A DNA stretch of 64,000 nucleotides from an uncultured Nitrospiraceae bacterium (lineage in GTDB: Bacteria; Nitrospirota; Thermodesulfovibrionia; Thermodesulfovibrionales; Dissulfurispiraceae), in the NCBI GenBank assembly GCA_963727805.1, contig CAVSHF010000005.1, positions 960,001 through 1,024,000 on the forward strand, in the 5' to 3' direction. The translations under genes were made by a program, and so were the position numbers. Below, in pieces: positions 10,131 through 20,299 of this stretch. The notes below the pieces were generated by a model that did not search any database, was not told the DNA's origin, and saw only the letters and a program-made list of their open reading frames with translations. Numbering within the stretch: the first letter of the stretch is position 1; the number at the start of each line of letters is the position of its first letter.

Positions 10131-11045
10131 ATGCTCATGGGTAAGTTTCGTAAGGAGATTGTTTTAACTCTTTCGCTGCTTTTCGTGCTATGTTTTCCAG
10201 TAGCCGGACTGTGTACTCCTGAATATGCCGAGCAGACTAGTAAAAGTTGCGGTGACTGTCACGTTGATCCCGCGGGAGGCGGCAGTCTGACAAAAGATGG
10301 GTATGCATTCAAAGGACAATTGCGAATAAAGGGACTGTACAAGCCTCTTACAAACAGTCAACGTATTATCAGGTTTATCATAGGTTATGTTCACTTAATA
10401 ACAGCCATAATGTGGTTTGGTACCATTCTTTATGTACATCTCATTCTGAAGCCTGCTTATGCCGCCCAGGGTCTGCCACGAAGCGAGTTGCTAGTTGGAT
10501 GGAGTTGCATAGCTATAATGGCGTTAACAGGCACACTTCTTTCCATTGCGCGAGTGTCGAGTTGGTGGATGCTTTTTAATACAAGATTTGGAGTTCTGCT
10601 TACAATAAAAATTGTTTTGTTTCTAGTAATGGTTTTTTCGGCTATCTTTGTAACCTTCGTCATCGGACCGAAACTTAGGAAGAAAAGGAGTCTGGCTTTT
10701 GATCAGCAGAAACAAAATTTCATATCCGATGAGCTTTCGCAGTTTGATGGAAAGGAAGGACGTCCCGCGTACTTAGCGCTTAAAGGCAATATTTATGATG
10801 TCTCGAGCAGTAAACTTTGGCATGGCGGAGTACACATGAAGAGGCATTCTGCCGGCCTTGACCTGAGCGATGCTCTGAAAGCTGCACCCCATGGCGAGGA
10901 CAGGGTGCTCAAGATGAGGATTGTCGGTAAGCTGTTAAAAAGCGAACAAGCAAAAAAGCCAAAGCTCTTTTATATTCTGGCCTATACAAATCTAATAATC
11001 GTATTTCTCATAGTATTTGTTATCTGTCTCTGGCGTTGGTGGTAA
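10131..11045 (+). CDS. Fusion of monoheme cytochrome c, CopD-like TM segments and a cytochrome b5-like domain
   Basis: Signal peptide, CGDCH, three TMs, ELSQFDGKEGRPAY...IYDVS...HMKRHSAGLDLS...APHG, final TM. Confidence 0.75.
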   Translation: MLMGKFRKEIVLTLSLLFVLCFPVAGLCTPEYAEQTSKSCGDCHVDPAGGGSLTKDGYAFKGQLRIKGLYKPLTNSQRIIRFIIGYVHLITAIMWFGTILYVHLILKPAYAAQGLPRSELLVGWSCIAIMALTGTLLSIARVSSWWMLFNTRFGVLLTIKIVLFLVMVFSAIFVTFVIGPKLRKKRSLAFDQQKQNFISDELSQFDGKEGRPAYLALKGNIYDVSSSKLWHGGVHMKRHSAGLDLSDALKAAPHGEDRVLKMRIVGKLLKSEQAKKPKLFYILAYTNLIIVFLIVFVICLWRWW

Positions 11046-11701
11046 GGGTTCGACGCTGTCATTATCACTTTTTTACGTCCGCGTTGCATACAGTTCAGGA
11101 GTGATATTCGTCCTCCTTCATTTCTTCATGCTGGAAATGAGTAGGTTTGTTGTAGCATCGCGATAGAACCGTTTTCACGTAATGAAGAAATATTATGTAA
11201 TCTCCCATAAATTCTCGACCCGCCTCCGCATTTTCGTCAGCATGTTTTTTGCATCTTTTGCCTTGTCGCAATTTTCCCTGATTGTCCGGGTTACATCCGG
11301 AATCGCTATTCGAAATTCCCCTGAATATGCGGACAAAATACTCTATTAAGAGCAACAATGGGAATACCTCTGGGTTTAAAGTGGTATGAATTTAGCTGGT
11401 ACTTTATGTATCTGCACTTTCCTTGTTTTGGCAGGAGAATAGTTTTGGTATATGACTGCGAATTTCGGACCATGCCGAACACTCATTTCGGAGCAAAGCG
11501 AACACCTGTTTCGGTCTGAACGCGAACACTGATATCGGAGTCATGGCGAACACTTTTGGGTAATCCCGATATAGGTGTTCGCCATGAGACCGAAATAGAA
11601 GTGTTCAGACTACCTGACGAAATAAACATAGCCGAAGCTGGATAAATTCCACACAAATACGCCATTGTCCTTCTTCTACGAACTTTGACGAAGGAGAAGC
11701 G

Positions 11702-13240
11702 ATGGCTAATAGGGGTATATCCATGCGGATGGTTAGAGAAATCTTAAGACTGTATTATGGGCTGCATCTTGGCAAACGACAAATAAGCCGGTCCTGCAAA
11801 GTGTCGCCGAGCACAGTAGTAGATTATGTCCAGAAGGCCCAGGATAAGGGCATTTCATGGCCACTTCCTGAGGACCTTGATGACGCAAAGCTTGAAGCTA
11901 TGCTCAGTGAACGCAGTAGTCGGAAGACAGCCCTTCGTCCGCTGCCCCCAATGGAGGAGATTCATCGCGAGCTTCGCAAAAAGGGCGTCACCCTTCAACT
12001 GTTGTGGCTCGAATATAAAGAACGGCATCCTGAGGGGTATCAGTTTACGCAGTTCTGCGAGCATTATCACCGCTGGGAGAAAAACCTTGAGATAAGTTTA
12101 CGGCAGGAGCATCGCGCCGGCGAGAAGATGTTCATCGACTTTGCCGGCAAAGGGATACCCATCGTCGACTCTTTCACAGGCGAGAGCACCGAAGCTCAGA
12201 TCTTTGTGGCAGTCCTTGGAGCAAGCAACTATACCTATGTCGAAGCGCTCCCATCGCAGAGTCTCCCCTTCTGGATCAAGGCTCACATCAATGCTTTTGA
12301 ATACTTTCACGGTGTGAGCCAAATCCTTGTCCCGGACAATATCCGAGCAGCCGTATCGAAGTCCTGCCGATACGAACCCGACCTCAACCCCGTATATCTG
12401 AGTCTGGCGCAGCACTACGGTACCGCCATTATCCCTGCACGTCCGTATAAACCAAAAGATAAGGCAAAGGTGGAAGCCGGAGTATTGCTGGTCACCCGAT
12501 GGATCATTGCGGCATTGAGGAATCACACATTCTTCAGTATCGAGGAGCTTAATGCCAGCATCAGGGAACTTCTGGAACGCTTGAATACCCGGAAGTTCAG
12601 GAAACTAAACAGTACCCGCAGAGAACTCTTTGAGACCCTTGAGAGGCCGTATCTTAAGCCTTTGCCCGTTGAGCGGTATCGATACATCGACTTCAAGCGG
12701 CCAACGGTTAACATCGATTACCACGTCGACGTAGCGGATCATTACTACAGCGTTCCTTACCAGCTTCGTGGCAAAAAGTTAGAAGCCTTCCTCACTGTCG
12801 ATACGGTGGAGATCTTCCACAATAACAATCGCATTGTGACTCATCAACGCAGCTTCAAAGCAAGAGGATATACGACCATTGCTGAGCACATGCCGAAAGC
12901 GCATCAGAAGCATCTTGAGTGGACTCCATCGAGGATCATCCACTGGGCGGAGCAGACCGGCGCTGCCACAGCAAAGCTTGTCGAGACCATCCTGACGACG
13001 CGACCGCATCCGGAGCAGGGATTCAAATCCTGCATAGGCCTGTTGAGACTCGGCAAGAAGTACTCGCCGGAGAGACTGGAAGCAGCCTCTATGCGGGCGG
13101 TCCATATCAAGGCTTATTCATACAAGAGCGTCAAGTCGATGCTTGAAACCGGATTCGACCGTACTCCGATCACCGAACAAAAGGAGGTGACCCCGCCCTT
13201 ATATCATGACAATATCCGCGGTAAAGAGTACTTCAGTTGA
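11702..13240 (+). CDS. istA: IS21 transposase
   Basis: HRAGEKMFIDFAG, VPDN and KPKDKAKVE DDE motifs. Confidence 0.95.
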   Translation: MANRGISMRMVREILRLYYGLHLGKRQISRSCKVSPSTVVDYVQKAQDKGISWPLPEDLDDAKLEAMLSERSSRKTALRPLPPMEEIHRELRKKGVTLQLLWLEYKERHPEGYQFTQFCEHYHRWEKNLEISLRQEHRAGEKMFIDFAGKGIPIVDSFTGESTEAQIFVAVLGASNYTYVEALPSQSLPFWIKAHINAFEYFHGVSQILVPDNIRAAVSKSCRYEPDLNPVYLSLAQHYGTAIIPARPYKPKDKAKVEAGVLLVTRWIIAALRNHTFFSIEELNASIRELLERLNTRKFRKLNSTRRELFETLERPYLKPLPVERYRYIDFKRPTVNIDYHVDVADHYYSVPYQLRGKKLEAFLTVDTVEIFHNNNRIVTHQRSFKARGYTTIAEHMPKAHQKHLEWTPSRIIHWAEQTGAATAKLVETILTTRPHPEQGFKSCIGLLRLGKKYSPERLEAASMRAVHIKAYSYKSVKSMLETGFDRTPITEQKEVTPPLYHDNIRGKEYFS

Positions 13241-13333
13241 AAATCGGCTCTATGGGACAGCCAATAATCGACTAAGAGGCATCGACCAAGGGGTAAGTAT
13301 ACCCCACAAACATACTATAAGGAGGAGACAGCG

Positions 13334-14083
13334 TTGAATCACACTATCGAAAAACTCTCACAGATGAAGCTCTACACAATGGCAACGGCAGTGAAGGAGC
13401 AGCTTGAAAATCCTTCCCTTAGCAAACTGAGCTTTGAGGACAGATTCTCCATGATCATAGACCGGGAGTGGACTTCCAGGGAAGACAGAAAACTCACCAG
13501 AAGACTCAAGTCGGCACGCCTGAGGACCAATGCCACTATCGAAGATATCGACTATCAGCACCCCAGGGGATTGGACAAGTCGGTCGTCAGATCCCTGGCT
13601 TCTTGTCAGTGGATCTCTTCTCACCATAACGTGATCATCACCGGGCCGACCGGCATCGGCAAGACTTACCTTGCTGAGGCATTTGCAAACAAAGCCTGCC
13701 GAGAAGGATTCACTGCTGTACAATACCGGTCAACAAGACTCTTTGAGGAACTGAGGATCGCAAAAGCTGACGGCAGTTTCTTCAAGGTCCTCGGAAGACT
13801 TGCAAAGACGGACCTCCTCGTCATTGACGACTGGGCCGTGGACCCACTGACCGAAGATGAGCGCGGCCACTTCCTGGAAGTCATGGAAGACAGATACGGA
13901 CTGAAGGCGACAATCATTACCAGCCAGTATCCCGTCGCCAAATGGCATGATCGCATCGGAGAGCCTACAAAAGCCGACGCCATACTCGACAGGATCGTCC
14001 ATAACTCACACAAGATAGCTTTGAAGGGAGAATCGATGAGAAAAACTAAGACAAACTTGACGAAAGGCGAACGCTCTTCGTAA
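13334..14083 (+). CDS. istB: IS21 helper ATPase
   Basis: GPTGIGKT, LLVIDDW, ADAILDRIVH. Confidence 0.95.
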   Translation: MNHTIEKLSQMKLYTMATAVKEQLENPSLSKLSFEDRFSMIIDREWTSREDRKLTRRLKSARLRTNATIEDIDYQHPRGLDKSVVRSLASCQWISSHHNVIITGPTGIGKTYLAEAFANKACREGFTAVQYRSTRLFEELRIAKADGSFFKVLGRLAKTDLLVIDDWAVDPLTEDERGHFLEVMEDRYGLKATIITSQYPVAKWHDRIGEPTKADAILDRIVHNSHKIALKGESMRKTKTNLTKGERSS

Positions 14084-14261
14084 GATGTTTTGGTACGGCT
14101 TCGCTATGTTTCACAAGTGTTCGCCATCCTCCGGCACGACTGTTCGCCATCACCGGAATTCGCAATATGACCAAAAGCATGTCAATAATTATTTGATATA
14201 TGGAGTAAAATAAATTTTATATGAGCATATGTGCATAATAAATTTATGGGAGGGGAGGGTA

Positions 14262-14578
14262 ATGAAAATATGTTTCCAAGTGTTAGAAAATAAGGATTGG
14301 ACCAGTATGGTCTATAACCATTTGGATCCGCGCCGGCCTTTGCTGTTGTCAATACTGAGACAGGAAGTGTATCAACGATCAGCAGCAGTAATCATCACCA
14401 TGTGCATGGTGCATGGAACCCTGTCATGGCTATGAACGGCCAGCAGTCAGATGCTGTGATAGTGGGGAGTATCGGGACAGGTGTTTTAAACAAACTGAAT
14501 CAGAAAGGCATGAGGGCTTTCCAAGCACAGAAGGCAACAATATCTTTCCCTTTTAAATGTTATCGCATTGAAGATTGA
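14262..14578 (+). pseudogene. NifB/NifX-family small protein, frameshifted and degraded
   Basis: MKICF...VYNH(F)GSAPAF...HHHVHG...AVIVGSIGTG after restoring one T near 14321. Confidence 0.7.
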
Positions 14579-14678
14579 ATCTTATTCGTACCACTCAAAT
14601 AAGGGAGGTATGATTACTGCGTGGATTACTATAATTAAGTGGAGTTGTCCGTTATGTGAAGTAAACGTTGCAATGCGG

Positions 14679-17309
14679 TTAAGACGTCTTGCCTGAGACT
14701 CCTTCCGGCTTGCTCATCAGCTCGTAATTACCGTTTTTGAACCTTTGGGCATAATGCGTGATGGTGGTATCATCGCGCAGCAGTGCATCAAGTTTCCTCG
14801 CAAAGGCGATGAGCCTTCCGAGCTGGTCGAGTACATCCTCCATCTGTTCCCGGCTGATATTGGCCAGCCTCGCGATGAGCAGATCTCCCTTCGTCCAGAT
14901 CGTGAAACCGTAATCCTTAAGAATTGAAGCGATGAACTGCACCCTCCGCGAGCGCTGAGATATATCGGTCGCCCCCCCGGAGAAACGAAAATAGATATGA
15001 TTGTTTCTGGGGTTCTCGCTACAATAACAGTCCACGATATTGAAGTGGTATCCGAACTTCAGGCTGAGATTTACATACTCTCTCGATACAACGGCCACAT
15101 TCATAAGAGGGGAACTCATGCTCTCCGAGTGGATATCGGGCATGCGTGTCATGCTCATAAAAAAGTCCTTCATCTTCAAGGGTACCGTCTCATTATGCCA
15201 TGCGCCCGGATGCATCATCCCCCCCACAATCGCCTTAAGTGGGATTGAAACAATTTCGTTTACCGTCACCGTTTCCCTTGAGCCCTTTGTCCCTTTGGAG
15301 ACACTTCTGTCTAGGCCACCGCCCATGTCAATTATCACAATGCCGGCTGGGACAGGCAGGTCCAGTGTTATGGCAGCGTAGTCTTTCAGACTTGCCCTCC
15401 TATGTCGGGTGCAGTCAACTAGTTCCATGATCGATTTTTCATGAATGAACCTGAGGATGTCATGCATGGTCTTGCATTGCTCAGGCAGGAAATTACTATG
15501 CAAGGGTTCGATTAGATTAAGGGGTGAAATATGCGTCAACACATACCTTTTCTTCAGGTATTCATGTCCCTCGGTTATATCCGGCACATTTGCAGAAGAG
15601 CAATCGCGCACTTCATCAACGATTCCCTCGTATACGGCGCTGCCCTCGTCGTCCACGATTACCGTTACCTTCATTCCGTCTTTAAGTATTCGCGTGGCGT
15701 CATCCGTGTTCACGATAGTCGGTATCCTGCACTCCCTAGAGAGTGAAGCCATATGACTGGTAGGGGTACCGATGTCGGTGATTATAGCTGATACGTCATT
15801 CATCAGGCGTACGAAAACCGAGAAGTCGCGCTTTGAGACGAGGATTGCGCCTTTAGGAAAATCTCCGGCATCGTCCGGTGTCATTGCCACAAAGACCTTT
15901 CCTGCGCCGATGCCCTTTTGGACGCTGATACCTTTATTCCGCATCAATGTCGGCCTTGATTCAAAATGCCTCACGACGGACGAGCAATTACTGCCTTCAC
16001 CTTCTCCCATCCGCAGTTCCCTTGCCTGCAATATAAAAATCCTTTCATCTCGGTCAAGCGCCCATTCGATATCCTGAGGCCTCCTGCAATGCTTCTCGAT
16101 TAACTGGGCCTGAAGTGCGATTTCAGTCACAAGCCTCGGATCAACTACCATTTTGTCCCTCATCTCACGAGGAGTCGCAATCGTGTCGATTCCACCCCCT
16201 GGTATGAACACAGTCATCGATTCCTTCATGCCGCATCTCATGTCAGTTATTTGAGGAGATGCACCCCTGTTGACTCTGTAGATATCCGCTTCAACCAACC
16301 CTTCGACGATGGTCTTGCCGAGGCCCCAGTTAGCGCTGATCAAAAGGGTGTCCTTGTTGCCGATCGGTCCGCTCGGGTCCACGGAATACACAACCCCGCT
16401 CGATACCGCCTCCACCATCGCCACGCACCCGACTGACATTTTCATCTTACTGGCATCATAGCCAAATCGCTTCTGGTACGCCATGGAATGCAGCGAGAAG
16501 AGGCTCGCGACTACCTTTTTATAAGCCTCCTTTATGGCCAAGGCTTCCAGTGGAACATTCAGCAGGGTGTCGAATTGTCCGGCGAATGAAAGCTTGCCGT
16601 CTTCTTCCTCAGCGCTGCTTCTTACCGCGATGGAGCAAGATGCCCCGCATTTTATCTTCATCCTCCTGATTGCAGCATCGAACTCTCTATCCAGTGCCGG
16701 AGGTATTTTACCAATGATAATCGCAGTGCGCAGCGCAACAAAGTCCTCTTCGGATATCTCACCTTTTTCCATTAGAGACTCAACCTTGTCATTGAGTCCA
16801 TTGAATTGCAGAAATTCGTCGAACGAGCGTGTAGTGATAAAAAAGGCATCTGGGACATTGAGGTCGAGCACATTTTTTAGCTCGGCGAGTCCGGCATTTT
16901 TGCCCCCTACATCATAGTACATATCCCATGATGTATCTTCGATGAAAACAACCCTTTCACCGGATGTAGAGGCCGAGTCCGACAACATCTCCACGATCCT
17001 GCCGTCTATTCTGATGAAGGCATCGCGCAGCCCCGGATATCCGTTGCGTGTGAGCATGTCGAAGTTTTTTATTGAACTCGAGACGTCAGCGGAAAGCTCC
17101 GCGTATGCGCTCTCGATATAATTGATATCGAACAGATATTCGCCGCTGAGTTTCTCTCCCATCTCGGCGATCATCTCAATAGCTCTGTTGTGGCTTGTGA
17201 GGACCTGCCGGAACCTGCTGAACAGGACTTGAAATGGCAGTGGTGGATGGAGCGACCTCTTCATTTTCCTGCTGATGCTGCTCAATAAACCTGCAAGACT
17301 ATGATTCAT
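14679..17309 (-). CDS. PEP synthase/PPDK-like dikinase (ATP-grasp + phospho-His domain, atypical C-terminus)
   Basis: VGGKNAGL, AVRSSAEEED...SFAGQF, ANWGLG, PQDIEWA...LQAR, GTPTSHMASLSRE. Confidence 0.85.
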   Translation of the reverse strand: MNHSLAGLLSSISRKMKRSLHPPLPFQVLFSRFRQVLTSHNRAIEMIAEMGEKLSGEYLFDINYIESAYAELSADVSSSIKNFDMLTRNGYPGLRDAFIRIDGRIVEMLSDSASTSGERVVFIEDTSWDMYYDVGGKNAGLAELKNVLDLNVPDAFFITTRSFDEFLQFNGLNDKVESLMEKGEISEEDFVALRTAIIIGKIPPALDREFDAAIRRMKIKCGASCSIAVRSSAEEEDGKLSFAGQFDTLLNVPLEALAIKEAYKKVVASLFSLHSMAYQKRFGYDASKMKMSVGCVAMVEAVSSGVVYSVDPSGPIGNKDTLLISANWGLGKTIVEGLVEADIYRVNRGASPQITDMRCGMKESMTVFIPGGGIDTIATPREMRDKMVVDPRLVTEIALQAQLIEKHCRRPQDIEWALDRDERIFILQARELRMGEGEGSNCSSVVRHFESRPTLMRNKGISVQKGIGAGKVFVAMTPDDAGDFPKGAILVSKRDFSVFVRLMNDVSAIITDIGTPTSHMASLSRECRIPTIVNTDDATRILKDGMKVTVIVDDEGSAVYEGIVDEVRDCSSANVPDITEGHEYLKKRYVLTHISPLNLIEPLHSNFLPEQCKTMHDILRFIHEKSIMELVDCTRHRRASLKDYAAITLDLPVPAGIVIIDMGGGLDRSVSKGTKGSRETVTVNEIVSIPLKAIVGGMMHPGAWHNETVPLKMKDFFMSMTRMPDIHSESMSSPLMNVAVVSREYVNLSLKFGYHFNIVDCYCSENPRNNHIYFRFSGGATDISQRSRRVQFIASILKDYGFTIWTKGDLLIARLANISREQMEDVLDQLGRLIAFARKLDALLRDDTTITHYAQRFKNGNYELMSKPEGVSGKTS

Positions 17310-17679
17310 TATCACTCTTCTCTAGTGCACGCAGTATGGACGCCTTTAAATCCTTGATCCTGACCGGCTTCGGGAAAAAGTCGAAAACGTCTCCCCTCAA
17401 GGCCTCGATGGCTGTATCCAGATTGGCAAAAGCTGTAATCATTATGACCTTAGTCGTAGGGTTTAGTTCCTTTACAGTTCTGAGAACCTCCATTCCATCT
17501 ATGCCTTTCATCTTGAAATCGGTAATGACCACATCAAAAGGTTTTTCCTTGAGCCTGGCCAGTGCTGATTCGCCATTGAGGAATGTCTCCACGTAATATC
17601 CGTCATGCTCCAGTGACATTTTTGCCATGTCCCCAACTATCTTTTCGTCATCGATGACCATGATGTTATATTGACTCAT
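17299..17679 (-). CDS. Stand-alone response regulator receiver
   Basis: VIDDE, ITDFKMKGIDG, MITAF, FPKP; no output domain. Confidence 0.9.
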   Translation of the reverse strand: MSQYNIMVIDDEKIVGDMAKMSLEHDGYYVETFLNGESALARLKEKPFDVVITDFKMKGIDGMEVLRTVKELNPTTKVIMITAFANLDTAIEALRGDVFDFFPKPVRIKDLKASILRALEKSDNES

Positions 17680-19081
17680 GTCTTGCCTCCTTTGCACGTT
17701 TGTAAGATGGTAACTCTATTGTAAAGGTGGTGCCGAGGCTTACCGTGCTGTCAACCTTTATATTCCCATTGTGGTTCATTATGATCCCGTAACTGACAGA
17801 CAGACCGAGACCAGTACCGCTGCTCTTGGTGCTGAAGAAGGGGTCAAAAATATTAGGCAGATATTCCGGAGGGATTCCCTGGCCCGTATCCTGAACACGT
17901 ATCATAACTGTATCTTCTCCCACGGCTTTAGTCTCAACCGTCAGAGTACCACTCGGAGACATAGCCTGCACCGCATTTGCAATAAGGTTTACCATTACCT
18001 GTTCTATCTGATGCTCATCGATGTAAACATGTGGCAGACCTTGTCCGAAAATCAGCTTCGACTCGATATTAGATATGTCCAGAGTATTCTGCATGAGCCG
18101 TACCGATTTCCTCACTATCTCATTGATGTCCGCTTTTTTTAACCTCGCCTCCCTAGATTTCGAAAAATCAAGAAGGTTTTTGACGACATCCTCCATCCTC
18201 TTTGTTTCCTCATAGGCTTTGCTGATCAAAGATAGTCTGCTCTCTTTATTGAGAAAATCATAAAGATCCAGATAATTCTGGGTTATCATCGAGATGTTAT
18301 TAAGGGGATTGGTCAATTCGTGGGCAACCCCCGCTGTCAGAACGCCAAGGGATGCAAGCTTCTTAGCCTGGATTATCTCCTCTCCCTTATTCTTCAGCTC
18401 TTCGGACATACGATTTATTGCAAGTATTACCGACCCAAATTCATCTTTGGATCTCCCGTCCTCAATTTTGCTGAAATTTCCTTCTGCTATGGACATTGCC
18501 ACTCTTTCAATAGCCCTGAGGGATATTGATATCTTCTTTGATACGAGCCTTCCCAAGACTATGGATAGAAACAGTATACACAGGAAAGAGATGAACAGGA
18601 GCCTTTTGGCATTGAAAATGATGTCGTTGACGCGCTTCCTCTCAAGTTGAGTTTTAGCCTTAAAAAAATCTCTTAACTTCCTGCCCACCGTGCTCAATTC
18701 TGATTTGAGCCTCGGATCTTTCCCATGGGTCCTGTCAAGTTCATCGATGACTTTTGAATATTCGTCCAGATACGACCTCAACAACTGAAGATTGTTGTCC
18801 CCTATGACGCGAATCAGATCTTCTTTGGTCGCATCGATGGATTTCATCGAGTCCCCTATGTTTTCATGAATGTTGATAAGCCATTTCTCGTCGTTGTAAA
18901 GCAGAAAGTTCTTTTCCGAAATCCTCATTTCGAGGAAGGATGCGTTCAGGTCATCCGATATCTCCACAAACCTGAGCTTTGCCAAGACTTGGTTCATATT
19001 TTGAAAGGCAAAAAGGCCTATCATGATAATAAAAGCTACATTAAAGAAAAAAGAAAGCTGTATTTTATGTTCTATTTTCAT
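17666..19081 (-). CDS. Membrane sensor histidine kinase (periplasmic sensor, HAMP, HisKA, HATPase)
   Basis: Two TMs, GVAHELTNPL, NLIANA, DTGQGI, FDPFF, GTGLGL. Confidence 0.93.
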   Translation of the reverse strand: MKIEHKIQLSFFFNVAFIIMIGLFAFQNMNQVLAKLRFVEISDDLNASFLEMRISEKNFLLYNDEKWLINIHENIGDSMKSIDATKEDLIRVIGDNNLQLLRSYLDEYSKVIDELDRTHGKDPRLKSELSTVGRKLRDFFKAKTQLERKRVNDIIFNAKRLLFISFLCILFLSIVLGRLVSKKISISLRAIERVAMSIAEGNFSKIEDGRSKDEFGSVILAINRMSEELKNKGEEIIQAKKLASLGVLTAGVAHELTNPLNNISMITQNYLDLYDFLNKESRLSLISKAYEETKRMEDVVKNLLDFSKSREARLKKADINEIVRKSVRLMQNTLDISNIESKLIFGQGLPHVYIDEHQIEQVMVNLIANAVQAMSPSGTLTVETKAVGEDTVMIRVQDTGQGIPPEYLPNIFDPFFSTKSSGTGLGLSVSYGIIMNHNGNIKVDSTVSLGTTFTIELPSYKRAKEARHESI

Positions 19082-19090
19082 ACATTCCTT

Positions 19091-20299
19091 TTAATGCGGC
19101 ACGGGGCATCTGGGCATCTCAGACTGTTCCTTCCGCACAGGAAGATACCACAATATGCCGTCGACAATCATCAATAATCCGGCCGTTATCAGCATTGCAT
19201 CGACTATGATCAGCGAGCTGACAGCAAAGTAACTCACGAACACAATTCCCATACTCGAAAAGGAGACGCCCGTTCTTGCCAATGCAAGACCGGTTCTCGC
19301 CCTAGCATATATAGACCGGTAGCATGCAGCAACAGTCCGTTGCCCCGCAAGGACATTTCTTTCCCGTGCTAGCTGGGTCCGCACCTTGCTTGCCGGTTTG
19401 GGATAAAGGATTGTGCAATGGTCCGCCAGGAAATCCCCAAGGCGCGCGAGCATCGTCCCCTTTGTTACAACATTTATGCCACTATCCTCTATAAAGTGAT
19501 AATTCTCCAAAAAGGATAAAGTCGCGGATGTGACCTCAACAAGGGTCTGATGCTCGTGAGGCTTTATCCACGATTTCCTGATCCTTATATAACCGAATAG
19601 GCCCAAAGCCCCGACAAGAAGGCCCACCACAAGCATGGCCCAATACAGATAAAGATGATCTCCCAGCTTAAATGTGTGCAAGAGTATATCCGCCACCGCT
19701 ATGGTTCCAAGTCCCCACCTGAGAACGGCCAGACTTGTCCTTCCCTTTGATAAGTCATTCCTGTAGCAGGCAAGCCTCGTTCTCCAATGGGCCATGGTAT
19801 TTCGCCATAGAGCAAGGCCGGTCCTCTCTGTCCCGGCAAGACGCCCGGGTTTGGCGTGAAGAAAGTCCTTTATAAACCAGCGGATGTCCTCCCGAAGTGC
19901 AAACCACAACTCATATTCGTTCACCCCGAAAAATCTCCTCGCTTCATTTACAATCATAGGATCTTCCGGATTGTTAGCTGCTATTATAATCTTATTGCCT
20001 TCGCTCGCAACGGGAAACCAGTAACTCATAAAAAGCCTGTCGTCATCGACTCCATCGAGCAGTTCCCGGGGTATGGGCAATCTTTCATCGTATTCGATAT
20101 GCGGACAATGATAATAATCCGAACAGGCCTGCAGGAGTGCATGCCTGGTTACTCCATATTCCCTTATGAGCACCGTCTCAATATCGACAGACCTGGCCTC
20201 AGCTGAGTTTATCGCCTCGAATATTTTGTCCTTGCCCAGGATGCCGTTATCGGACAGAAGGAGGAATCTTTCGGCCTCTGTTTTAATCATTGTTATCAT
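19091..20299 (-). CDS. T2SSE_N/MshEN-like domain plus 2 extended DUF202-like membrane repeats
   Basis: GspE-N-like start (IIIAANNPED); two units of six RTxLAxx heptads followed by two TMs. Confidence 0.7.
   Translation of the reverse strand: MITMIKTEAERFLLLSDNGILGKDKIFEAINSAEARSVDIETVLIREYGVTRHALLQACSDYYHCPHIEYDERLPIPRELLDGVDDDRLFMSYWFPVASEGNKIIIAANNPEDPMIVNEARRFFGVNEYELWFALREDIRWFIKDFLHAKPGRLAGTERTGLALWRNTMAHWRTRLACYRNDLSKGRTSLAVLRWGLGTIAVADILLHTFKLGDHLYLYWAMLVVGLLVGALGLFGYIRIRKSWIKPHEHQTLVEVTSATLSFLENYHFIEDSGINVVTKGTMLARLGDFLADHCTILYPKPASKVRTQLARERNVLAGQRTVAACYRSIYARARTGLALARTGVSFSSMGIVFVSYFAVSSLIIVDAMLITAGLLMIVDGILWYLPVRKEQSEMPRCPVPH

Larger units (their letters stand above)
11457..14164 (+). 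mobile_element. IS21-family element A (complete)
   Basis: Terminal IRs TGCGAATTTCGG / TGCGAATTCCGG; 7-bp target duplication ATATGAC (11450-11456, 14165-14171); subterminal CGAACAC repeats. Confidence 0.95.

Noticed and set aside
11457..11610. Regularly spaced CGAACAC repeats resembling a mini CRISPR
   Set aside because: These are the subterminal transposase-binding repeats typical of IS21 ends; there are no cas genes and the period is too short.
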